Shown: positions 48,815 through 61,885, numbered from the stretch's first letter. The stretch: 64,000 bases of DNA from Paragordius varius (GCA_964247055.1 OZ176053.1:310001-374000); one strand, 5' to 3'. Notes: generated from the sequence alone by a model not told the origin. A program made the numbers and translations.

Positions 48815-51800
48815 ATGGATATCGTGAAACACATTCGATCTCTTTTTTCATCTGCCATTCCAGAAAAGTAAATTTATTATTCACATATTATGTCTTAAAT
48901 ATATAAATTAGGCGATTAGATGTACAACCTCACCTGGATACCCAATATCACAGTAAGGAGCAATTTTGGGAAAGAGTCAAAACATATACAATATCCTTAA
49001 TTATATATTTCAAATTTTATTTTTAATATAGTCGAATAATATTTTATTTCCTTAACTCGTTTTTATATTCATCTTAAACGTCATTAATTGGCCCGCTAAA
49101 CCATATCAACTTTCACCATTAATATGTGCTCGGTATGGTTGGGAAAATGTTCGATATAATCTCCTGAAATGCGTGACATGTAAAAAAATTATCTGTGCCA
49201 ATCTTCCTGATCCATGGGATTCTTATTGTATATTTTTTCTCTGCTTTATGCATTTCTGTAATATTTTTGGGTCGTCTTTATACCTATCCGCTATTTTTTT
49301 CCAGATCATATAGCTCTCCATAAATTGGAACAACAGTTAACGGGAAACCATGAACAATTTTGTGCTTGGAAATATAATCCCAGTCCAGAAACGTTTTGTC
49401 TGCTCCCATTTCAAAAAATAAGTACCCACTCCACAAAGTCGTCTGCGCCAATCAATGGCGGCGATACGCTTCATAATGGCATATTGAATTTGGAAACTTT
49501 TGAAAATGGAATGATAGAATACACGAGAGATGCTTTAGATTCTTTATCGGAGCTTTTAACGATCCCTAAAATATCCGTTATAACGGTATATTTTTTATAA
49601 ATTTTTATAATTCTATATTTTATATTTATTTTTTAATTTAATCGTGTTTATTTCTTAATGTTACTACCTGCAAAGTTACCCTTTCATTTGTTATCATGTA
49701 TAACGCTAAATTAAAAGGTCGGAATATTATTTGCTAATCAAATATATCTTTTATTTAATGCTGCATTTAAGCATTAAATATTTTTAGCTATATAAAAAAA
49801 TTCCAATATTATACCAATATATAAGTTTTATTTTATAATTACCATTGTCTTTTCTAAATATTTTATTTTAGACACAAGTATATTAACTGATACTAACATA
49901 AAAGTGTATTGTTTCAATGTACATTAAAATTTTTAGTTTAACTATTAAGAAATTAATATTACATAAATCTATTCATATATTTTTTTAATGAACGATCAAG
50001 TTTTATACAATAACTGAACTCCAAATGCTGTATGCAGTCGTATTTGAAGGGATTAATGATCTCACGAATGCTTCGAAAATCGTATTCACCGAACGAGAAA
50101 AAAACATTTGCATTTTAATGCTTACGGGTTGGGTCAAAAGGTCAAGCATAATTGATTTTTTTAAAAAAAAACTGGATTCCTACCATTTATTTTATTATTA
50201 TTTTTGTAGTTTGTAAAAAAAATTAATTATTTTATAAATAATTTAATAAGATAGGGTTACCCCTTATTTTAAAAGCATATATTTTATTAAAAGCTACTTT
50301 AAACATTTTCTGGGTTTTCAATTTAAAAATAGTTTAAAGACGTCAAAATATTCGTTTATAAATTTAAGATAAAACACACTTGCAAAATTTTTATACAAGA
50401 ATATGTATTATTAAATAGGCTTTTATTTTATTGCCCAATAATTTATAATTTAGACCAAAGCATGGGGATATTATTGAATGCAAATATTGTCAAAGGCATG
50501 TGGGTCTCTGGAATTTTGAAACGATAGATTTTTCATCCATGACTCTAGAAACTAGAAAGAAAATAAACCATATAAACTCACCCCTAGCTTATTTTGCGCA
50601 ACGTGAACAAAATCTCAAAAAAGGTTTGGAAATATTTATACTTTATTATAAGCGATACTATATATTTTAGAATTCTTTAAATTCACTTTTTGATATTGGT
50701 CAATGGGAAATATTCTTTTTGTGAAAAGTATATACCATTTACAATTCAAATCCCTAAAATAAATTATGTGTTTTTTTAAAAAAATTACCTGTATTTTTTT
50801 AGTTTTTAAAAAAAGAATTTTTGTTTACAATTAATATAATACTGAAAAAATAATAAACTATGCCATAAGAATATATTTTATTTAATAATGACTTATATTA
50901 GCCTGAAAACACATTTATTTTTAGGGTGAATTCGAATTTAAGAGTTTGATTTGTAAATGGTATATATTTTAAAGGATAGATATCATATTTGATGACCTAA
51001 TGTATAATTTTTTTGTGAATATATGAGAAAATAATTTTTATAACTTAGTTAATTAATTAATTTATGTTTATGTCTCTAGCTTTTCAACCATCATCCAAAA
51101 ACCATGAGGAAATATTAACTACCAAAAATTCGAATTTAATTGAACCATTATTAAACAATCTTCAAAAAAGTACTGAGACTATCGATTTAGATTTGATAAA
51201 TTCGCCAACATCAATCGATAAAAAACCGGTGACATTTAGTAAAAAACGAATGCGAGAAACTGAAAAGCCAAATGAACAAAACTTTAAAACTCAAGAAAAT
51301 ATTATTAATAATGATAATGATGAAATTAATCCTTCAAAGAAATATAAAAAAGACGAATCAGAAAACAACATAATACTCTCCGAATCAATTGTTCCCATTC
51401 CAAACTCTAGTGTAGATATTAGTACAGAAGTCAAACATCTCCTGAATGATACGTTAGAATTGTTGAGTTCAAATCAGCAGTTATCTTCTGTAGAAACTAA
51501 CTTAAATGTTTCTAATGTTCAAGAAGCTATTTTAGAAACAGTATCAACCTTGCCAATAATGAAAAATGAAATCACCGACGAAATAAAATCTCAAGGTAGG
51601 GTCAATTTTTATAGGAGCATCCTAAAATTTGTGGAATCCTTTGACAGAAAATAAAAATATTATGGCAAAATATAAAAAGCTTAAGTTTTTTTATAAGTCA
51701 TATTAATTTTTATTTTTGAATCTTTAATTTTGGCTCTTCAAAATAATACGAATAATAATGTAAATCAAATATATACTTACCATTTACAATTCAAATTTAC

Positions 51801-53496
51801 CATAAAAATAAGGTATGTGTGTTATCCAACTAATATAACTCATTATTAAAAAATATATCTTTATGGCATAATTTTATATTTTTTCAGTATTTTTTTGATT
51901 TAAAACAAAATTTTATTTTTTAAAAATAAGTTTATTTGAGGGTGAATTTGAATTTTTCGAGGGTGAATTTAAATTGTCTAAGGGTGAATTTAAATCTTTC
52001 GAGGGTGAATTTAAATTGTCTAAGGGCGAATTTGAATCGTAAATTTTTATACCTCAAAATTGTAATCATATAAGTTTTTTAAAAAGGGGGTTTTTTTGCC
52101 TTTTATTCTTCTTATATTTATATATTTAGAACCAATAAATTCACCTGCAGAACCTCTAATTTCCAATGATACAGAAATCAAAATGACGCTAGAATCTTGT
52201 GAAATAACCTTGCTGAATGATACGACCGAATCTATTGTAGAAATCAGTAGCCCACCAACTCAATCATTAAGCCTATTAATGCCATCATCAAGCAAACTTT
52301 TATACCAAATGACAAGTGATTTAGAAATTTCACCTCTGTACACTACTACAATATCAACATTAAACAATAATATGTTAAATGTACCAAATTTAAATGATAT
52401 AATTATATGTTGCGATTCTTCTCAGGGATCATCAACTACACAAGCTTCTTTACTAATGAAAGGACCAAACGGACCCCTAAAAAATACTACTCAAGATTAT
52501 GTAAACAACTCTGACACAGATAATTTTGCTGGAAAAAATTTTAGCGAACGCCCTGACTTGATAATAGAGGATTCTTCAATGTCCTCCATTGATGAAAGTT
52601 TTGAATCATCGCAACAATCATTTACTTCTCCAACGCCAATGACACTAACAGAAAAATCCAAATTTGAGCATTTAAAAAGCCAAGTTAAAGAAACCAACAA
52701 TCACAAAAGTCATAACGTAATGGTAGAAAATAGTAGTAATTCCAATTCTGATTCAGATAATAATGATGATATAATTTGTTTAGATGATGATGGTGGTGAT
52801 GATTCACAAAACTCTTTGAACTCAAAAACACCACAAGAAGATGAAATGCCAGAAAGTTTTTCTGGCACTGAAAATGGGGGGAGTGAAACAGAGGTTGACG
52901 AAATATTAACAACAGAAGAAGGAAGCGATGAAGAATATTCCCAAGATCAATTCCGTGGTGAGGAGTTTTCATCACACGCCGCAAGCCAACACTCTATCAT
53001 CGAATTTACCGATAGTCAGGAACAAGAAAGTATAATTGGCACGATTGATATGAATCAGCAGGATTCAGAAATGTCATGTGTTGGCAAGTCAAACCACCAC
53101 GATGATGAATCTCCCATTGCCCTAAGACCATTTGCAGATCTTGCCACAAAAAATCTTGCTGTCCCCAAAACGAGTAACGGAAATGTGGTACATTATAATT
53201 CTATAGATTTAACTACATCTCCCCTGCAAGCAGAAGAAAAGATGTCATTGACAACTAAATCCCGACACCCCATGAATGGTACATCACTAAATCAGACTGT
53301 CGAAAAGACTAGTAAAAGTTTACATGATGATCTCAACAAAAGCATTAATAACATCATGGTTGATGAAAGCAACATATTACCTTTAGATCCTTTAAGTCAA
53401 CACAGAAGTTGGTGTCCTTGGATCGAACATGGCAAACAAAATTATTATTTGTACTTTAGAGCTTTGGTTCGACACATCAAAACACATTACGCTTAG
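48815..53496 (+). CDS. ZC3HC1: NIPA/ZC3HC1 C3HC zinc-finger nuclear-basket protein, about 917 aa; exons 48815-48867, 48912-48990, 49080-49227, 49305-49585, 50001-50140, 50454-50623, 51080-51595, 52130-53496 (3' end uncertain)
   Basis: SKEQFWERVKTY, WPAKPYQLSPLICARYGW..LKCVTC, HEQFCAW, CKYCQRHVGLW and DPLSQHRSWCPW give the two-BIR-like C3HC/Rsm1 pattern. Exon sum 2754 nt is in frame. Confidence 0.88.
48991..49079 (+). other. U12-type AT-AC intron (89 nt)
   Basis: 5' splice site ATATCCTT, branch site TTTCCTTAAC (49047-49056), 3' end AC. Splicing joins RVKTYT|VINWPAKP in frame. Confidence 0.88.
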
Positions 53497-54199
53497 CAAC
53501 AAAAAATATTTCCATTTCCTTAATAAATGGAAATATTAAGATTATAATGATAATATTCTTTGTCCTAGCTCTCCACACACCAAATTAAAACTTTAATATA
53601 TGAAATATGTAGAATTATCATAAATGTAGCGTTTGTTTTGAAATGCAGTATGCACATTAATATTCTTGTTCGATTCACATTGATTTTCGGGTTAATTGGT
53701 AATTCAGTAGCGTATGATATAAAACAAATTTGTCCGTAATGAATTAATATTGTAAGATGGGAAATTTTTGTAATTAGACCCTTTGTTGCTTTTTATCCAT
53801 ACGCTAATGTATTGTGCTAATTGACCAAAAATAATGTGAATTGTAACACCGTATTATAATCTGGTCCATACATTTTCGCTCATGTTATATATTCCTTTCC
53901 ATATATTATCAATCTCTGTTAATAAAACCTTGTATAAACTCATTTAAATGTGCATTACCTTATTTCTTAATTCTTTTCTTGTAGACTTATTACATACATA
54001 TAGAATTATAACCATTTTTTAAGTTGTACCATTTTTACTATATATATATTTCGATATATTTTTCTTTATGTATATACCCACACGTATATTGATAAATAAA
54101 TGTGCTATTTTAATCTTTAATAATCAATTTATATAAATTTGAAATTATATAAGGAGAGTTAAAATTTATTATAAGATATCAAATGGAAAATTAAAAAAA

Positions 54200-57100
54200 T
54201 CAGGTGATCGACAATGTGGGTGGATTCGTAATAACAGGCGTATGGTCTTTACTTTCCTTGTATTTGTAATAGAGTTCGGCCACATCATAGCTTCCAATCT
54301 TTTCCCAACCCGATTCACTTATGTGATAAACTGTTTAGACATAAAAAAATTTATTAAATAAAAAAAATAAAATATTTTTACCTGAAATTTGGATGAGTGT
54401 TGTCATAAAAATAATTGAAAAATTATTAACTCAAAATTGCAATTGTTTTAAAGCGCTCAACGAATTACAGTAATTACTTTATTGGAAAACAAAGTATAAA
54501 AAATGGGGTATTGGAAAAAATAGGATGAAATGCTAGTATAAATAGGTATTCAATGACTAATTCTTATTATAAACACATATGTTAATGGCAAAAAATACTA
54601 AAATTTAAACAACAAGATAATTTTTGAATAAAACGTTCAAAAGTCTAATTATTGAGTTAAAAATGGATATAATAACAACTGTTTCACACCTAAAAAATAC
54701 ATATAAAACCAGTCTTATTTATAGTAAAAATTAAAATTTATACGAATAAAACTTAAAAATATAAAGACAAATACTTTTTTTCTAAAAGACAACCCCATAC
54801 TTTTAAAATCTTAATTTTATATATTATATATATGTCACTAACTACAAAGTATAAGATCGATATGTACATTGGTAACAAAATCAATTATATATTTTACCAT
54901 TGTAGATATATAAATTATATAAAAAAAATTAAGTAACAAAGTCTGGTTGTCTGTTAAAAAAATATCTGTCTTTTTATTTTTACGTTACTTAATTAACACT
55001 GCCCTTATCCTAATTTCGTTTCAATTCTTTTATAATACCATCCTAATTTCATTCATTTCTATTCATTTTCAGTTTTTTTACAACATTGTAAAAAAATTTT
55101 GTGAAATTTAAAAAAGTAATTATTAATACTACTAACCATTAACGGAACCGCCATTACCCGCATCCCGATACGTGGCATGGAAAATGTCTCAAATTATTTT
55201 CAAAATATAAAAAAACATTTTGGCACAAAATTGTTTGCAACTAAAATCATAAAAATTACCACAATACTCTTCTATAAATATTCCTGTATTATTTCCATAA
55301 TATAGAAATCCAAATAATTTCCTTAAAAAAATAATTGAAATATTTATATATCTTAAAACTAATCTCTCCAAATCCAACAACACTAATATTTCAGTTAATA
55401 AAAAAATAATGCAAAAAAGTTTCTTTGGGTTAATTCCTTGCATAATAATATTTTCTAAACCATTTTTCGGGAACAAATTATGGATAACTCCAAATTCTCT
55501 TACAAAAAAATCAATAGGAATTCTATTTCAAAAATCTATTCTTTCAAAACTAAAAACTTTGACAGACAAATTCATTATAAAAAAAGCTTAAAACTTTTCT
55601 GAAATTCAAAAAAAATCCACAAAAAAAGTAGATAAGTAGGTATAAATAAAAAAAAATTTTTCTTGCACAAACATAATTTTATGATTCTCCTGCAAAAAAA
55701 ACAAAAGGAATGATTCAAAAATCCATTTCAAAACAAAGGACAAAATTAGTATAAAAAGCTTGAAAATTCGATAAAAATCCACAAAAGTAATAATAAATAC
55801 TACTAACCATTAACAAAAAAAACCAAAAGGAATCATTCAAAAATCTATTATTTTAAAACCAAAAACTTTACGGACAAAATTCATTAAAAAAAAAGTTTAA
55901 AACTTTTCCAAAATCCACTCAGTAAGTAAGTAAGTAAATATAATCAATACTAACCATTAACGGAACATTTTCATAAACTAATGATTCTTCTCCTATGATG
56001 AAAAAATCGATAGGAATTACCTTAAAAACTCAATTTCAAAACCATTCATCAAACTAAAAACTAACTTTTTGTGAAATTATTCAACAAAATTTTCATGAAA
56101 AACTTTAAAAAGCTTAAAACTTTTATAAAACCAAAATCCACTCCACACAAAAAAGTAAGTAATTATAAATATGCAAACTAACCATTAACGGAACCGTCAC
56201 TACCCGCATCCCGATACGTGGCATGGAAAATGTCTCAAATTATTTTTAAAATATATAAAAACATTTTCAATAATTTAATTCCCAATTCTCCTCCAAAAAA
56301 AATCAATAGGAATCATTCAAAAATCTATTTCAAAACTAAAAACTTTAAGAATTATAAAAAAGCTTAAAACTTTTCCAAAATCCACAAAAAAACCAAGTAT
56401 AATCAATATACTAACCATTAACGGAACATTTTTCATAAACTAATGATTCTTCTCCTATGATGAAAAAATCAATAGGAATCTATTTCAAAACTAAAAACTT
56501 TAAAAAACTCAATTTCAAAACTAAAAACTTTAAAAAAGACAATTTTCCAAAAAACCAACAATACATACTAACTATTAACGGAACCTTGTTGATAATTTAA
56601 TGATTCTCCTATCATTCAAAAACCCTATTTCAAAACCATTCATCAAATTAAAAAGTTTAAGGGAAGGACATTTTTACTAAAAACTAACTTTTGTGAAATT
56701 ATTCAAAAATATATCATTTCAAAACTAAAAACTTTAAGGGGACAAATTTATTATAAAATAGTAAACTTTTCCAAAATCCACAAAAAAACCAAGTATAATC
56801 AATATACTAACCATTAACGGAACATTTTTCATAAACTAATGATTCTTCTCCTATGACGAAAAAATCGATAGGAATTACCTTAAAAACTCAATTTCAAAAC
56901 CATTCTTCAAACTAAAAACTAACTTTTGTGAAATTATTCAAAAAAATCTATTTTAAAACTAAAAACTTTAAAAAGTTTAAAACTTTTTTGAAATCCAAAA
57001 AAAGTATAAATAAGCTAACTAACCATTAACGGAACCACCACTGCCCGCATCCCGATACGTGGCATGAAAGATTGCTTTTACGCCCAAATTAAGGGCATCG

Positions 57101-59302
57101 CCTTTAGTTAAATCAGCGCGCCATTCGGCATCCAAGATGGGGTAAGCAAAAACCGAACCCGAGCCCACGCTAAACAGGTGATGTTTAAGGCGGGAAGCAT
57201 CATTGTCCACATAGTATATACTCGGTCCCTTTGTAAGAAAAAAAAATTTTTTTTAACCATAAAACATTCAATTTTCAATGTCAAACAAAAGTAAAATTAT
57301 TACATTTCCAATATTATACTATATAACATTCAATTTTTCAATCAATCAAAAGTAAACTTATTACATTTACAATATTTTTTAAAAGTAACATTCAATTTTC
57401 AATATTTCAATTAATCAAAAGTAAAATTATTACAATCAAACGCAACAATTGAAAAAATTTTGTCCACATAGTATATACTTGGTCCCTTTGTTTTGAAATG
57501 ACAAGAAAAAAAAATTTTTTTTAACCATAAAACTTTTAATTTTTCAATATCAAAAGTAACATTTTTACATTTTACAATATTATACCATATAACATTCAAT
57601 TTTCAATATCAATCAAAAGCAATATTATTACATTTACAATATTATACCATATAACATTCAATTTTTAGTCAATGTCAAAAGTTAGATTATTACAATCAAG
57701 CGCAACAACCGAAAAAATTTTGTCCACATAGTATATACTCGGTCCCTTGGTTTGATATCAAAATAAAAAAATTTAAACCATATACAATCATGTATGTTTA
57801 GAATTGTCAAACATACTACGTTTTTCATTGATTTTACTTTGTTTTTAATTTTCATGATGTTGGTTTGATATGTCGTCAACGTTCAACATGCGCGCGCATT
57901 TTTAGCAGGCCTCAATTAAAAACAAAGTAAAATCAATTAAAAAGGTATGTTGGACAATTTTAAACATACATGAGTGGAACATTCAATTTTCAGTCAAAAG
58001 TAACATTTTTTTTCAAATGCCAAACGCAACAGTTGAAAGTGTTTTGTATTGTATTATTATTGCAATTATAATATGAATTTATTGGGTGAATTTTTGATTA
58101 CTATTTTAGTTGATTATTATTTTAGTTTATATTTTAATTGCATTTTTTTACGTTTGACAAAGAATACTAATTAGTAGTAACCAAAAATTCACCCAATAAA
58201 TTCATATAATTTTAGTTGAATTATAATTAACTGCAATAATAAAACTGAAAAAAAAGTTGTGTTTAGATAAAAAATGTTGCATTTGACTGAAAAATATTAA
58301 TTCTTCTTTAGAATATTTATAATTCCTCTTTAAAATAGTAAATAGTAAATTAAAATATTTATAAAAGATTAAATTCCATAAAAAGGATAATATATGTAAA
58401 GTAAATACAGGTAAACTGTAAAAACTTAAAGAAAATATTATTTTTCATAACTATAATTTTTAAAACTGTCATTTTTTTAAACATCAATTTTACTATTGTT
58501 TTTGGTGGAAAACCAAGGATTAGATATGTACATTTGTGATACAATCATTTATATATTTTAAAATTGTAAAATAGTCTATGTAATGAAAAATTAAAGTTTA
58601 AAAATATATATCTGTAGTTTAAAAAATATTTGTCGTCTTGTTTTTATGTTTTGTCGATATATAAATTCAATTTTTACTTTATATATATACCATTTGCACT
58701 TCAACAGTGTCCTTGAACACTTCAAGTTGGTCCTTAAACAGTTCAAGTTGGTCCTTGAACACTTCTTGAACAATTCAAGTTGGTCCTTAAAATTTATAAA
58801 TTTTAATTTAACCATAATTTTTGCATTTATTTTTTTATTTTATTATTTATTAACATAATTTTCTTTATTTATTATATATTATTCATTTAAAAATAAAATT
58901 TTTAATTGAAAAACCACTTTTTTGTTTCAAACTATTTTTTTCAATTAATCAAAATTATTGACTTTTAACTGTTTTTGAGGAAAAACTTTAATTAATAACC
59001 CAGAAAACTTATATATTTTTTAATTTCGTGTTAAAATCTTATATATATCCAAAATTATTTTTAGAAATTAATAAAGATATACGGTTTCTCAAAGATTAAA
59101 AGTTAATATCGATTATAAAAATTATGTTAAATAATAGAAAATAAGTTAAAAACAATAAAATAGATGAATTTATTTACGATTTAATTGATATAAGTTAAAA
59201 CAAAACAAAAAAGTCAAAGGACCAACTTGAACTGTTCAGGGACCAACTTGAACTGTTCAAGGACCAACTTGAAGTGTTCAAGGACACTCTTGAAGTGCAA
59301 AT

Positions 59303-59337
<35 letters not shown>

Positions 59338-61838
59338 CTAAACCTTTTTTTAATTTACTTCTTAAGAGGTATATTTTTTATAAGGAATAATTAGCACAAA
59401 ATAAAAATTATAAAAGTTAATACTAAAAAAAACATATACATACCTTTTTGTCCCATCCACATATCATGGTTCCCTACAATGGAAAATATATTTGTAACAA
59501 CAAATTAGTAAAAAAACCCCAATTATTTCATTACTTTGAAATAAAATAAATATTTTTAAACTGAAAAAATAAATATAAACTATTACGTCGTTATTAAATA
59601 TACCCATGAACAATTCATATTCACCCTTGAAGAATTCAAATTTACCCTTAAATAATTCAATTCATTTTTGAACAATTTAAATTTACCCTCGCACAATTGA
59701 TATTCACCCCTAAACAATACAAATTCACCCTTAAACAATTCAAAATCACCCCTAAACAAAACAAATTCACCCTTGAAAAATTCAAATTCACCCCTGATCA
59801 GTAAAAATTTACCCTAAAAATAAATTATGTGTTTTTGAGCTAATATAACACATCATTAATATGAAACATATTCCTATGGCATAGCTTATTTATTTTTCAG
59901 TATAATTTTCATTTTATAAACAAAATTTCATTTTATTATAAAAAAAAATAAAGGTATAATTTTTAATCTTAAAAAACACACATAATAATTATTATTTTAG
60001 GGTGACGTTAAATTGTTCAAGAGTGAATTTGAATTTGAATTTAAATCGTTCGAGGGTGTATTTGCATTGTTCAAGGGTGAATTTGCATTGTTCAAGGGTG
60101 AATTTGAATCATTTAATGGTGAATTTAAATTGTTCAAGGGTGAATTTGAATCGCTCAAGGGTAAACTTAAATTTTCAAAGGTTGAATTTGAATCGTTCAA
60201 GGGTGAATTTGAATTGTTCAAGGGTGAATTTAAATTGTTCAAGGGTAAATTTGAATTATAAATGGTTCAATTTGAATTGTTCAAGGGTGAATTTGAATCG
60301 TTCGAGGGTGAATATGAATTGTTCAAGGGTGAATTTGAATTGTTCAAGGGTGAATTTGAATTATAAATGGTATGGTATATCCAAAAAAAGTTAGAAAGAT
60401 TATAAAAATTTTACCATGGAAAGTCCCATACCCTTATAATTGTACATTATATTAGCCAAGGATTTCGATGCGGCAGCCACGGATATTCTTTCTTTAGTTC
60501 GTAATTCATGAATTCTGCAAAAAAAATTACCAAAAAAAGTTAAATTAAAAAAATGGGAATTGTAAATCTCATTTTTTTTTGATTCATAAATAAGTTTATA
60601 AAAATATATGCAGTTGTTTTTGAAACTAGAAAAAAAAATAGAATACATATTTTCCGAAAACCTTGATTTATTTATATAAACTTTATAATGAAAAATGATT
60701 ATAATAAAAAATTTATATAGCGACTTATTTACATCTCTAGTGTAGTCCATATTTTATTTTAACCCAAAAAGGCAAAAGATATATATTACAAAAAAATTAA
60801 TATTCAAAAAGGTACGCTTGTCTTTTTTTTACAAAAAATGGTTTTTGTTAAATATCATTCATTCTAAAATAAATTTAAAAAACTTTTATAAAAAATTTAT
60901 TTTCAAATCAGAAAAAAAAGTCTAACCTACAAATTTTAGCTAGGACCCGTTCCCAATACTGACAATCAGCGGCTCCACCCGCCATAGTGCCCAAAATGTG
61001 AGGGCCAATTTCTAAAACTTTGTTGACTGTTTGAGAAGCTATAGATTTATGCATAATTTGAATTCAAAATAAAATATTTTTTTTATAAAACACATAAAAA
61101 CTTTTTTTAAGATATATGTCAAGAAAGAAAGCGTGATGATTGGAACAAATTAAAGTTAAATTGTAAAGAACGTAAATAGTAATAGCAAATATTTTATAAT
61201 TTTAGCCATAAAAATTTCAGACCTTATTTTTTGAAACGATTACAATTTTATTTGATAAAAATGTAGCAATATACATTTGTATCTCATATTTTGTAGTCTA
61301 AAAACGATGGGGTGGGTATATTCAAAAAAATGAATGTCGATTAAAGTATGGGTGTGATTCAAAAAAAAACTTGTTTTTATAATTTCAATTTTACCGAAAA
61401 TAGTTTTGGTGAAATTTATTTAATAAGTTTATCTGTATATTTGAGTTATACAATTCCAATTTTTCATAAATGTTTGAAAAACGGTATATCAAGTTGATGA
61501 AATAAATATTAAATTTTTTAACCAATATATCCACCCGCTGTAGCTCTAGAATCAACCGCTATAACTATCCCCCCTTGATAAATAAAAGCAAGAGTTGTAG
61601 TTCCATGATTTAGCTTAATTTGAATAGCTCCTCTTTTAGTTTCCAGTGGCTGATCATGTTCATTGTGTATGTACTGTTTATAATCTGCAGGCTAAAAATT
61701 ATTAATATCAATAAAAAAAATTACGTTATCGGTAGGATATAGGGTAAATCGATTACAAACGATATCATTAAATTTTATCAGTGGTGTTTCGTCACAAAAC
61801 TTGGGTTTTTTAAAGTTTAACACGCTTTCCAAAGCCAT
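54200..61838 (-). CDS. PSMB5: Proteasome subunit beta-5; exons 61838-61725, 61691-61523, 61038-60927, 60514-60415, 59473-59444, 57228-57024, 54330-54200
   Basis: Propeptide-HG|TTTLAF (catalytic Thr1), [50 protein letters not shown]. Confidence 0.96.
55080..57030. repeat. Complex intronic tandem array seeded by the PSMB5 exon 6 donor region
   Basis: CTAACCATTAACGGAAC recurs about 8 times with shared AAAACTAAAAACTTT and AAAATCCACAAAAAA blocks. Confidence 0.85.
57787..57974. repeat. Inverted repeat or small MITE (about 60-bp arms)
   Basis: TCATGTATGTTTA...TTGATTTTACTTTGTTTTTAATT versus AATTAAAAACAAAGTAAAATCAA...TAAACATACATGA. Confidence 0.7.
58688..59306. mobile_element. Family-A sister element with a different 21-bp unit (TTCAAGTTGGTCCTTGAACAG) and a different core
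   Basis: Ends TACCATTTGCACTTCAA / TTGAAGTGCAAATGGTA with 4-5 units per arm. Confidence 0.8.
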
Positions 61839-61885
61839 TAGTATGAGAGTCGATATGAAAATCCTATCACCAAAAAGTAGAATGA
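61839..61885. promoter_or_regulatory. Putative bidirectional promoter between PSMB5 and KAT8 (47 bp between ATGs)
   Basis: Divergent ATGs at 61838 (-) and 61886 (+); TGA in frame immediately upstream of 61886. Confidence 0.6.

Noticed and set aside
54204-54290. Plus-strand frame GDRQCGWI after a cag acceptor, as a candidate last ZC3HC1 exon
   Set aside because: The same bases encode the well-supported PSMB5 last exon on the minus strand, and it would need a weak GC donor, so coincidence is more likely.
3370-58858. Numerous 60-100 aa Phe/Ile/Lys/Tyr-rich ORFs in the ORF track
   Set aside because: Composition is typical of AT-rich non-coding or MITE sequence, with no motifs or splice support.
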